This document shows, piece after piece, positions 19,749-27,772 of a DNA stretch of 32,000 nucleotides. A model generated the notes under the pieces. The model was given only the letters and a program-made list of their open reading frames with translations. It was not told where the DNA came from and did not search any database. Every line of letters starts with the position of its first letter. Position 1 is the stretch's first letter. The DNA is from Thermoproteus tenax Kra 1 (lineage in GTDB: Archaea; Thermoproteota; Thermoprotei; Thermoproteales; Thermoproteaceae): positions 270,001 to 302,000 of the forward strand of contig NC_016070.1 of NCBI RefSeq assembly GCF_000253055.1, in the 5' to 3' direction. The position numbers were made by a program, and so were the translations under genes.

Positions 19749-20903
19749 GTGGAAGGGGCGCCCGTGGACTATTCGTTGTTCTCCGGCTTCACTCTGATCT
19801 ACGGGCCGCCGGGCTCCGGAAAGACGTCCCTAGCCCTACATATAGCGAGAAAGCTAGGGGACAATATAATGTATATAGGAATGTATGAAAATAGAGAGAA
19901 GATTTTGTCCAAGTTGGGCTATTTAGGCCTCGATCCTTCAGTATATAAGATATACGACTTTATCAACGTTAAAGACAGGAGCGCAGTGATCAAACTGATA
20001 GGGGAGGAGTTCGTTCAGGAGGCCCCCTCCGTCGTGGTAATAGACGGCATAAACTACTTTCCGCAGGACAGAGAGACTCTCTCGGCTATATACAGAACGT
20101 TCGATGTGCCTGTCATTGCCGTGGGCGAGGAGGACACGAGGCGGAGCCCGCTCGCCTACATTGTAGACGTCCTATTGGAGGTCAGACAGATCATATCCAG
20201 AGGCTCGAGATATAGAGTGGCCCGCTTCCTCAAGTCTAGGACGGGCCAGCCGCCGGCCGCCGAGTTCCGCTTCGTCGTCACAAGCGGCGGCATCGTCTTC
20301 GTTGAGCCCTGGAGCTCCCTCAAGCTCGGCGACCCTCTGGGCAAACTCCCCATGAGGAGAGTCCAGCTGGAGGCGCCCGAGCTGGCAGAGCTGAGGGCTG
20401 GCTCCAGGACTGCCTACTTCGTGGACGAAGACCCAGAGAGCTGCCGCATCATGGCGTCGCTCTTGTGCGACTATGCAGACGCAGTGAAGGCGGCCCTCAT
20501 TGAGTTCAGAAGGGGGCTGGAGATGCCGGAGGGATGCAGAGCTGAGGGCGCCGTAATTCCGCCTAAGGATTTGGGCGACGAGCGGGGCTTGGACGAGCTA
20601 AAGGACAGCATAGGCGATGCGGGCGCGGCCCTCCTCTACGGGCTGGACGAGGCCCTCGGCGGCCTGGACAGGAGGAGGGTGCAGTACGTGTTGGACTTCT
20701 TAAGCTCATGGAGGCGGGAGCTTATGACCGTCGCCGCCTTCGTCGGCGCGCCCCCCTCCCCGGAGCTCATGGGCATGTTCAACGCAGTATGGCATATCGG
20801 GGGCGGGAGAGCCGAGCTGTTGAAGTCGCGCCTCTTCCCGGCGCACAGATCATTCTGTGTTGAGAAGCGGGGGGAGGTCTATCGGCTGGCCGTTTGTCCC
20901 TAG
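19749..20903 (+). CDS. RecA/KaiC-superfamily ATPase with long uncharacterised C-terminal extension
   Basis: 384 aa. Walker A GPPGSGKTSLALHIA, Walker B VVVIDGINYF, then ~190 aa without a recognised motif. Confidence 0.8.
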   Translation: MEGAPVDYSLFSGFTLIYGPPGSGKTSLALHIARKLGDNIMYIGMYENREKILSKLGYLGLDPSVYKIYDFINVKDRSAVIKLIGEEFVQEAPSVVVIDGINYFPQDRETLSAIYRTFDVPVIAVGEEDTRRSPLAYIVDVLLEVRQIISRGSRYRVARFLKSRTGQPPAAEFRFVVTSGGIVFVEPWSSLKLGDPLGKLPMRRVQLEAPELAELRAGSRTAYFVDEDPESCRIMASLLCDYADAVKAALIEFRRGLEMPEGCRAEGAVIPPKDLGDERGLDELKDSIGDAGAALLYGLDEALGGLDRRRVQYVLDFLSSWRRELMTVAAFVGAPPSPELMGMFNAVWHIGGGRAELLKSRLFPAHRSFCVEKRGEVYRLAVCP

Positions 20904-20914
20904 GCGGCCACTGC

Positions 20915-21120
20915 CGTCAACCGCCGACTCACGTCGAGGGGCTCCCCCTCGCCCGCGCCTTCGCCGGTATCCAAGATATCTCGGGGGCGGACCCACGCGC
21001 ATGGGGACAACGGCACTCGGCCTCCCTCCAGAGGTGGCTCCGGCCGGGGATCGTGGGACGGCCCCCTGCTGTAGGCACACGTCTAGGCCCGTCTGCGCCG
21101 AAACACAGACTCCTGGGGGA
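20915..21120 (-). ncRNA. Candidate structured non-coding RNA, identity and strand uncertain
   Basis: GC-rich intergenic region without a convincing CDS. Minus-strand TATA-like GTATAAATAAATG upstream of it. Stable GTCTGTG-TTTCGG-CGCAGAC hairpin and TCCCACG/CGTGGGT complementarity. Confidence 0.25.
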
Positions 21121-21159
21121 GGGGGGCTGTTCCATTTATTTATACAACAAGTATAGCTC

Positions 21160-21696
21160 ATGAGATTGACCCTCGTGTTGATAGTGCTCCTCGTCGAGTA
21201 CATCGCCTTGGCCGTAACGGCGTATATCGGCTACACGTACTACGCGGCCGTCCCCCGCTGGCTCATAGATACGTTGAGAGGGCAATTGAACTCCACAGTT
21301 ACAGGCCCTTTGTCCATCTTCTTTCACAACCTCGTCATAATGACCGCCGACTCTGTCCCGTTCATAGGGCCCGCCTCGTTGGCCCTCTCACTCTCGGCCA
21401 CCGGCTTCATCCTGGGAGTCTTCATGGGGTACTCGGGCGGCGGCTACTTGGCTCTGGCGTTGGCCTATCTAGCGACGGTTATGTTGCCCCACGGCATTCT
21501 GGAGCTCGCCTCGTACGCCTTCGCGACCGCAGGCTCTATAGACGCCACAAGGAGGCTCCTCTCCAAGAGGGGCGGCGCACTTAGGTCCTGGGCTATACAC
21601 TACGCCGTTGCGGCAGCGCTGCTTCTCGCCGCGGCGTACATAGAGTGGTACGAGATAGTCGCGTTGAGGCCTATTCTTCACTCAATAATACATTAA
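21160..21696 (+). CDS. SpoIIM-like (stage II sporulation protein M family) membrane protein
   Basis: 178 aa, several TM segments, and LPHGILELASYAFATAGSI characteristic of the family. Confidence 0.75.
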   Translation: MRLTLVLIVLLVEYIALAVTAYIGYTYYAAVPRWLIDTLRGQLNSTVTGPLSIFFHNLVIMTADSVPFIGPASLALSLSATGFILGVFMGYSGGGYLALALAYLATVMLPHGILELASYAFATAGSIDATRRLLSKRGGALRSWAIHYAVAAALLLAAAYIEWYEIVALRPILHSIIH

Positions 21697-21717
21697 ATCT
21701 GCTCCTCAGACGGATAT

Positions 21718-22176
21718 ATGCAGATCTCGAGCCCGGCGTTCAGATTCGGAGAGGCTATACCCAAGAAGTACACATGCGACGGCGAGGACGTCTCGCCTCC
21801 TCTGACCATCGCCGACGTGCCGCCGAATGCCAAAGCGCTCGTCTTGATAATGGAGGATCCAGACGCGCCGATAGGGGTGTTCACCCACTGGGTCTTGTAC
21901 AACGTTCCGCCCACTCTGACCGCCCTGCCTGAGGGAGTGCCCAAGAGGCCCGAGGTGACCGGCGTCGGCCTCCAAGGCGTCAACGACTTCGGCAGAGTCG
22001 GCTACGGAGGGCCTTGTCCGCCGCGCGGCCACGGACCCCACCGCTATTTCTTCAGGCTCTACGCCATAGACGTCCAGCTCCAGCTGCCGCCCAGGGCGAG
22101 GAAGGACGACGTGCTCGCGGCCATCAAGGGCCGCGTGTTGGCACAAACTGAATATATGGGAACTTACAAGAGATAG
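21718..22176 (+). CDS. PEBP family protein (YbhB/YbcL-like, Raf kinase inhibitor-like)
   Basis: 152 aa. IPKKYTCDGEDVSPPL, LVLIMEDPDAPIGVFTHWVLYNVP, GPCPPRGHGPHRYFFRLYAID. Confidence 0.95.
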   Translation: MQISSPAFRFGEAIPKKYTCDGEDVSPPLTIADVPPNAKALVLIMEDPDAPIGVFTHWVLYNVPPTLTALPEGVPKRPEVTGVGLQGVNDFGRVGYGGPCPPRGHGPHRYFFRLYAIDVQLQLPPRARKDDVLAAIKGRVLAQTEYMGTYKR

Positions 22177-22234
22177 TATACTAAAAATATTATTTGTATT
22201 CGTTGAATATATAAATATATGTTTTCCTTCTCGC

Positions 22235-22405
22235 ATGGCGAAGCAGAAGCTGAAGTTCTACGACATAAAGGCCAAGCAGGCGTTCGAGACAGACAAATAC
22301 GAGACCGTCGAGAAGAACACCGCCAGAGGCCCCATGATATTCGCGGTCGCCACTTCGCCGTACACCGGCATTAAGGTCTGGAGACTGATCGGGAAAAAGA
22401 AATAA
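22235..22405 (+). CDS. CC1-like small crenarchaeal DNA-binding (chromatin) protein, 56 aa
   Basis: MAKQKLKFYDIKAKQAFETDKYETVEKNTARGPMIFAVATSPYTGIKVWRLIGKKK. TATA-like AATATATAAATATAT just upstream. Absent from the supplied ORF track. Family recalled from Thermoproteales CC1. Confidence 0.8.
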   Translation: MAKQKLKFYDIKAKQAFETDKYETVEKNTARGPMIFAVATSPYTGIKVWRLIGKKK

Positions 22406-22430
22406 CTGGAACTAAACCCCCTATTTTTTC

Positions 22431-23543
22431 ATGGAATTTAACTATCGCTTAATCCTTATGTTGGGCGTCACCTCCCTTTTCGCAGACTGGCTCTACGAGG
22501 GAATGCGCGCCGCCCTTCCTCAGTACCTCAAAGCCCTTGGCGCATCCGCGCTCTTCGTGGGGCTGTTGTTCGGGGTTGGAGACGCGTTGGGCTACCTCCT
22601 TAGGTTCGCCACAGGCCCGTTGGCCGACAGACGGGGAGGCTACTGGGGGGAGACGTTCGCCGGATATGCCGCACAAGTCCTGGCCGTGGCCGGACTGGCG
22701 ATCTTCCCGTCTCTGCCCGCCGCCGCCGGCCTGGCCCTATTGGAGAGATCCGCTAAGGCTTTGAGGACCCCCGCGAGGGACGCCATAATCTCTGCGGCGG
22801 GAGGCAGAAGGCAGAGCATGGCGTTTGGAATCCACGCGTCGATCGACCAGATAGGCGCCGTGCTCGGCGCTTTGACCTCGACTGTGTTGTTGGCGCTGGG
22901 CGTCGCGTATAGAGACCTCTTCTTGTTGCTCGCGTTGCCCGGCGCAGCGGCTCTGGCGACGCTCTGGCTCGCCTACAGCTCCAGACTGAGGCCTAGGCGA
23001 ATAACTGGGGAGGGCCGGGGCAGTCTGCGGCTGCCGCTTCTTCTGTTCGCAGCCTCCCAGTTCATGTTCGGCGCCTCTCTGATGCACATCAGTCTGGAGA
23101 TGTACGGAGAGACGGCGGCGTGGCTCGCCTCATCTATATATTTGGCCGCCATGGCCTTCGAGATACCTGCGTCGTTGTTGTGGGGGCGCCTCCACGAGGG
23201 GCGCAGGGCGGTTGTGTTCGCCGGCCCGCCCGTGGCCTTTCTGGCTACGTTGTTTTTCGCCCGAGGCGATCTCCTGGGGGCATTCGCCGGGGCGCTCGCC
23301 TACTCTCTCGCCACATCTTATGCAGACATTGTGGCCAAGGCGGAGGCCGTACGGATGAGCTCGGGAGGCAGGGCGACGGCCCTCGGAGCGGTCAACGCGG
23401 CGTTCGGGCTCGGCTATATAGCGGCCGGCGGCATATACGGCTATCTACTCCAAGAGGGCCTCCTGGCTTGGGCCCCGGCGGCGTCCCTCTGTCTGGCCGC
23501 CGGCTCCTTCCTGTTCGCCTACCTCTCCCTGCGGAGTCTATAG
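22431..23543 (+). CDS. Major facilitator superfamily permease
   Basis: 370 aa, ~12 hydrophobic segments; GVLFGVGDALGYLLRFATGPLADRRGGYW loop; second half also MFS-like. Confidence 0.85.
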   Translation: MEFNYRLILMLGVTSLFADWLYEGMRAALPQYLKALGASALFVGLLFGVGDALGYLLRFATGPLADRRGGYWGETFAGYAAQVLAVAGLAIFPSLPAAAGLALLERSAKALRTPARDAIISAAGGRRQSMAFGIHASIDQIGAVLGALTSTVLLALGVAYRDLFLLLALPGAAALATLWLAYSSRLRPRRITGEGRGSLRLPLLLFAASQFMFGASLMHISLEMYGETAAWLASSIYLAAMAFEIPASLLWGRLHEGRRAVVFAGPPVAFLATLFFARGDLLGAFAGALAYSLATSYADIVAKAEAVRMSSGGRATALGAVNAAFGLGYIAAGGIYGYLLQEGLLAWAPAASLCLAAGSFLFAYLSLRSL

Positions 23544-23794
23544 ACTCCCTCCTCTATCTTTTGGAGTCTGTACGTCCCAGCCCTCGTCTCCACCACTATC
23601 TCTCTGGGCCATCTCGACATGTCCACCCTCAAGACGCCCAAGCCCTCGAACAGAGCGCGCACCTCCCCCTCCCTTACGTCCTCATGTATCAATACGGCGA
23701 AGCCGTCGGCCCCCCTCGCCAGCGCTTGTGAGGCCTCCTTGACGTCGTCCCCGTTAGTTATATCGTATATGCTCCTGTAGTATTCCTCTCCCAC
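23519..23794 (-). CDS. Small hypothetical protein
   Basis: 91 aa from GTG at 23794 (MGEEYYRSIYDITNGDDVKEASQALARGADGFAVLIHEDV...). TATA-like TTTTTAAC ~25 nt upstream. Overlaps the MFS 3' end convergently by 25 nt. Confidence 0.5.
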   Translation of the reverse strand: MGEEYYRSIYDITNGDDVKEASQALARGADGFAVLIHEDVREGEVRALFEGLGVLRVDMSRWPREIVVETRAGTYRLQKIEEGVYRLRRER

Positions 23795-23840
23795 GGACAG
23801 ACAAAGAATCCCCGTTAAAAAGATCTCCGGGATCTTTTGT

Positions 23841-23981
23841 ATGGCCAGAAGATATTGCCCGGTGTGCAAGAGGGCCGTAGAAGAGGAGATAGTCAGAAGG
23901 GAGAACTTGGTCATCAAACGTTGCCCCAACTGCGGCCACGTTTTTGCGCAGTACGAGGTGCGGAGGGCCGCGGCCAAATGA
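23841..23981 (+). CDS. 46-aa zinc-ribbon protein
   Basis: MARRYCPVCKRAVEEEIVRRENLVIKRCPNCGHVFAQYEVRRAAAK, with CPxC...CPxC. Stop overlaps btpA-like start (ATGA). Below the ORF track cut-off. Confidence 0.7.
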   Translation: MARRYCPVCKRAVEEEIVRRENLVIKRCPNCGHVFAQYEVRRAAAK

Positions 23982-24754
23982 GTCTGCCCCGCATCGTAGG
24001 CGTCGTCCATCTGCCGCCGCTCCCCGGATCCCCCAGATACTCAGGCGACTTTTCCTCAATAGTCGAGTTCGCCGTAGAGAACGCCAGGCGTCTCGAAGAC
24101 GCAGGCTTCGACGGAATCATCCTGGAGAACTTCAACGATGCCCCCTTCAAGCCGAGGGCCCGCGACCCCGAGACTATAGCCGCCATGGCCATCGCCGCTA
24201 GGGAGGTCCGGAGGGCGGTCTCAGTCCAGCTCGGCGTAAACATACTCAGAAACTCAGGGCCTGAGGCCGCCGCCGTCGCTTCCCTTTCGGGCGCGTCCTT
24301 CATTAGGGTCAATGCCCTGTGCGAGGTAGTCTCAGCGCCCGAGGGTCTGTTGGAGCCTGTGGCCAGAGAGATCGCCGAGGTGCAGGCGAGGCTGAAGAGC
24401 GCCGTCAAGATCCTAGCCGACGTGCACGTGAAACACGGATGGCCTCTCCACGGGAGACCTCTGCGGGAGGTCGCCGAGGATTGCGCCGAGAGGGGAGGGG
24501 CCTCCGCCGTCGTAGTCTCGGGCGGCAGGACGGGCCTTCCCCCCGAGCCGTCGCAATTGGCTGAGCTGGCCGGGGCAGGTCTGCCCGTCTACGTAGGGAG
24601 CGGCACTACGCCCGACAACCTCAAGTCGTTCAGAGGAGCGTACGGCTTTATAGTCGGCACTTATCTAAAGGACGAGCGAGGGCGCATAGACCCCAAAAAG
24701 GCGAAGATATATGTGGAGGCGGCGCGGGACGCCTTGGGCCTAGGCCGTGGCTGA
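23978..24754 (+). CDS. BtpA family protein
   Basis: 258 aa from ATG at 23978. VGVVHLPPLPGSPRYSGD, GFDGIILENFNDAPF, LGVNILRNS, SGTTPDNLKSFRGAYGFIVGTYLK. Confidence 0.9.
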   Translation: MSLPRIVGVVHLPPLPGSPRYSGDFSSIVEFAVENARRLEDAGFDGIILENFNDAPFKPRARDPETIAAMAIAAREVRRAVSVQLGVNILRNSGPEAAAVASLSGASFIRVNALCEVVSAPEGLLEPVAREIAEVQARLKSAVKILADVHVKHGWPLHGRPLREVAEDCAERGGASAVVVSGGRTGLPPEPSQLAELAGAGLPVYVGSGTTPDNLKSFRGAYGFIVGTYLKDERGRIDPKKAKIYVEAARDALGLGRG

Positions 24755-24946
24755 CGGCGCCTCCTCCAGATACCACTCGAGTATCATGTCGTGCGCGTCG
24801 GCGAGACGCATGGCGGCTTTATAGGCCTTCCTCCAGCTCTCGTATTCCCCGGCCAGCTCCCAACCGGCGTCTAAAAGGTCGAGGTCCTCCTCCCTCCCGG
24901 TCACGAGGATCCTCCAGCCCTTGTGGTCGATCAAGACGCGGAACAT
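24740..24946 (-). CDS. Small hypothetical protein
   Basis: 68 aa from ATG at 24946 (MFRVLIDHKGWRILVTGREEDLDLLDAGWELAGEYESWRKAYKAAMRLADAHDMILEWYLEEA). Convergent 15-nt overlap with btpA-like gene. Confidence 0.5.
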   Translation of the reverse strand: MFRVLIDHKGWRILVTGREEDLDLLDAGWELAGEYESWRKAYKAAMRLADAHDMILEWYLEEAPSATA

Positions 24947-25073
24947 GTATACGGGAAGTAAACAGGTATTTAAAGCCCTCAGGTAGAATAACGAATTCTC
25001 CTTCCGACTACATTGAAAGTTTCTGAGACGTCTTTGGGGCTCCGAGGATTTAAATAGGCTTATTGAAGTATAC

Positions 25074-25619
25074 GTGGACCCGTTGGAGGACCTGCGGCGC
25101 AAGTTCCCCGGGAAGCCGCGCAGCTGGCTCAAGAGGGCGTTGGAGAGGCTGGGCGACGTCAGCGAGGAGAGAGGCTACTACGTCGTGAGGGGCAGGCCCG
25201 AGCTTGGGGACAGATATCCGGCCTACCACGTGTGGTGGTCTGAGTCGGAGAGGCGGTGGATCTGCACTTGTTATCTGACCGAGTGGGGGACGAGGAGGGC
25301 GCGCGGCGTGTGTACCCATGTGGCGGCCGTGATCCTCTACAGAGAGCATAAGGGGGCTCTGAGGAGGGCCGGGAGAGTCTATCTGGCCACCGGCGTAGTC
25401 AAATGTAGGGAGAGGCCGAGGGCCCAGGGAGAGGCGCTCGTTAGACAGATCCCGGGGAGGACTCTGTTGGACTACGCCGAGCCACAGTGGAAGATCGCCG
25501 TGATCTCTGGGCAGGATTCCGCCGAGGTTGAATGCGGAGGCAGAAGGATCGTGCTCAAGGGCGTGGAGATGGACTACGCCCAAGCCAGAGCCCTCGCGGA
25601 GGAGTTCCTAGGAAGCTGA
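25074..25619 (+). CDS. SWIM zinc finger domain protein
   Basis: 181 aa. WICTCYLTEWGTRRARGVCTHVAAVILY (CxC...CxH). TATA-like TTTAAATA upstream of GTG. Confidence 0.75.
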   Translation: MDPLEDLRRKFPGKPRSWLKRALERLGDVSEERGYYVVRGRPELGDRYPAYHVWWSESERRWICTCYLTEWGTRRARGVCTHVAAVILYREHKGALRRAGRVYLATGVVKCRERPRAQGEALVRQIPGRTLLDYAEPQWKIAVISGQDSAEVECGGRRIVLKGVEMDYAQARALAEEFLGS

Positions 25620-25625
25620 ACGGGC

Positions 25626-27083
25626 GTGGCGGGCCCGGCCAGAGTGCTCAAGCTCTCCCTCTACTATATGTTGCAGAGCTATTCTAAGCAGGCGTTGGCG
25701 TTCATTCTGGCGTCCACGGTCGCGGCCGCGCTCCCCCAAGCGCTGACGCCTCCGGCCTACCGAGGGGATCTAGCGAAGGCGCTTCTGCCCGCGATGGCGG
25801 CGCTCTTAACTGTGGTGGCCGCCATATCCGTCTTTACGTCGGCGGCGGCCTTCAAAGCCGACGTGGACTTCATCTATTCTACGCCGGCCGACCCCAGGGA
25901 GGTCTACTCGGCGAGGATCATAGGCGGGGCTCCGCTCTACGCCGCCTTTATGCTCTCCTATACCTTCTCCGCCGTAGACGTGGGAAACGCCGTGTGGTAC
26001 GCAGTCGCCCTGGTTTCTCTATCCCTTGCGTTCTCGGCCGCCGGGGCCAACGCAGCCCTCCTCTCCCCAGCCGGCCGCGCGCTCTCGTTGTTGCCGCTGG
26101 CCATAGCCTCGGCGCTCGTCTACCTCAGCCCCGAGATATCGCCTTTATACGGCTTGGCCGCTCCGGCGCCCCTCTATTCGGCTTATGCGGCCGGCCTTTT
26201 CGGAGCCTATCTACTGGCAGCGCCTTGGAGGACTATAGAGGAGCTGTCGCGCAACGCCTACGGAGTGCTCGGGCAAGAGCCTCAGACAGGCGAAAGTAAG
26301 TCCAGATTACCAGACAGCTTCTGGGGCGTGGTCTGGACTACGACTGTCCGGGCCCCCTTCACGGCTAGGGCGAGCGCGCGGGGCACCGTCGTGATATACC
26401 AACGGACCTTCAACGCGCTGAAGTATCTGACCCCTGCGTCTCTCGCAGGCGCAACGGCCTATCTGGTCGCCGCCCTCTGGACTAAACACTACGCGGCCTC
26501 GTCAGTTATGGCGGCCTACGTAGTCTACATGGCCTTTGCTTCAGCCGCCGCTTTGGGTGTGGCAAACGAGAGGCTGTGGATAAGTCTGGCGGCCGATCCG
26601 CTCAGATATCTACGATATAGGGCTCTGGCCAGGACGCTCCTCTCCGCTTTAGTCCTCTCGCCATGGATAGCCGCCTTCGCGCTGGCGTCCCTCCTCTATC
26701 CGCCCGCCCTCTACCTCTCGGCGTTTTTGGCCTCGTCTGTGCTAGTGTTGCCCTCTCTGAGCTGGATAGCGGCCGCCTACTCCGGCATCCCCCAGATCAG
26801 AGAGCTGGGGCTTGCCCAGAGGCCCCAGAGGATCTCCCTCAGGAATCTGCTCATGGTCGCCACTATAGTTTTGTTCATGGCTCTGAACATAGCCCCCTTC
26901 TTTCTATCGGCTATTGCGTATTCGGCGGACGCCTTCAGAGGCCTCAGCTCAGCCGCCGAGGTCTACGCCGCGGTCTCCCTCGCCGCCTCCCTCTTGGCGT
27001 TCTGCCTCCTCGTCTGTTCGGAGGCCGGGAGGCCCGTGTGGATGTGGGCGGTCAACAAGCTGTCGGAGAACGGCTACGTTTGA
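25626..27083 (+). CDS. Multi-spanning membrane protein, possibly ABC-2-type permease-like
   Basis: 485 aa, ~12 hydrophobic segments; IYSTPADPREVYSARIIGG resembles exporter permeases. No adjacent ATPase. Confidence 0.55.
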   Translation: MAGPARVLKLSLYYMLQSYSKQALAFILASTVAAALPQALTPPAYRGDLAKALLPAMAALLTVVAAISVFTSAAAFKADVDFIYSTPADPREVYSARIIGGAPLYAAFMLSYTFSAVDVGNAVWYAVALVSLSLAFSAAGANAALLSPAGRALSLLPLAIASALVYLSPEISPLYGLAAPAPLYSAYAAGLFGAYLLAAPWRTIEELSRNAYGVLGQEPQTGESKSRLPDSFWGVVWTTTVRAPFTARASARGTVVIYQRTFNALKYLTPASLAGATAYLVAALWTKHYAASSVMAAYVVYMAFASAAALGVANERLWISLAADPLRYLRYRALARTLLSALVLSPWIAAFALASLLYPPALYLSAFLASSVLVLPSLSWIAAAYSGIPQIRELGLAQRPQRISLRNLLMVATIVLFMALNIAPFFLSAIAYSADAFRGLSSAAEVYAAVSLAASLLAFCLLVCSEAGRPVWMWAVNKLSENGYV

Positions 27084-27151
27084 GGCTCTCTCTGCGGCCT
27101 TCCGCTCGCTCTAGAGGGCGGGGCTTATAAACTTGCGCGCTTCAATGCCAC

Positions 27152-27772
27152 GTGATAAGGCACATTATGCTCTCCTCGAGGTTTCTGGACGCCCTCTTGA
27201 GGGGCGAGAAGAGGTCGACGATACGCCCGGGCGCGTTGAAAGTGGCCGAGGAGGTCTACATACACAGCAGGGGGGTTATAGCGGCTGCGGCCAAGGTGGA
27301 GAGAGTAGTCTACAAGAGGGTCCGCGATCTGACGGACGAGGACGCCAGAATGGACGGCTTCGGCAGCCTGGAGGAGCTTTTGGCCGAGCTCAAGAGGAGG
27401 TACAGACGCCTCGGGCCCGACAGCATTGTTACAGTCGTGGTCTTCGGCGAAGTGAGGCCGCTCAATGAGCCCGAGGAGACCGCCTATGGGGGGATGCGCC
27501 CCGAGCAGATAGCGAGGTTGGCCCTAAAGAGGCTCAGATTGAGCAGACGCGAGAGGGAGCTCTTGGAGGCAGTGGCCAAGTACAAGAGCATAAGGAGGGC
27601 GGCCGCGGCCCTCTTCGGAGATCCGCAGGAGAGGAGAGCCATCAGAGAGACGTTAAAAAGGGCGGCGAGAGAGCTAAGACGTGGAGGCTTGGCGGAGGAA
27701 GCAGGAGGCGCTGAGGAGGCTGAGGGAGCTTCTGAAGGACGTCGGAAGGGCCGAGAGAGACCACCACGCTAG
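27152..27772 (+). CDS. ASCH-domain-like protein with C-terminal helical/HTH-like region
   Basis: 206 aa. MLSSRFLDALLRGEKRSTIRPG...VVYKRVRDLTDEDARMDGFGSLEELLAELKRRY...VVVFGEV. The last ~30 codons overlap the next gene. Confidence 0.7.
   Translation: MIRHIMLSSRFLDALLRGEKRSTIRPGALKVAEEVYIHSRGVIAAAAKVERVVYKRVRDLTDEDARMDGFGSLEELLAELKRRYRRLGPDSIVTVVVFGEVRPLNEPEETAYGGMRPEQIARLALKRLRLSRRERELLEAVAKYKSIRRAAAALFGDPQERRAIRETLKRAARELRRGGLAEEAGGAEEAEGASEGRRKGRERPPR

Noticed and set aside
20915-21120. Assignment of this region as SRP RNA or RNase P RNA
   Set aside because: I could not find the SRP GGAAGnnAGCAGC-type S-domain motif or RNase P GGAAAGTC / CCGGCTTA signatures on either strand. GTGTGCCTACAG loosely recalls an Alu-domain motif but is insufficient.
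20850-21203. Several overlapping ORFs in all frames between the KaiC-like and SpoIIM-like genes
   Set aside because: Multiple equally open GC-rich frames with no domain signal; better treated as non-coding.
27105-27127. CCGCTCGCTCTAGAGGGCGGGGCTT as a further hairpin-repeat copy
   Set aside because: Only partial similarity to the 17.6/19.5 kb hairpin and the stem is imperfect; more likely part of the promoter/spacer upstream of the ASCH gene.
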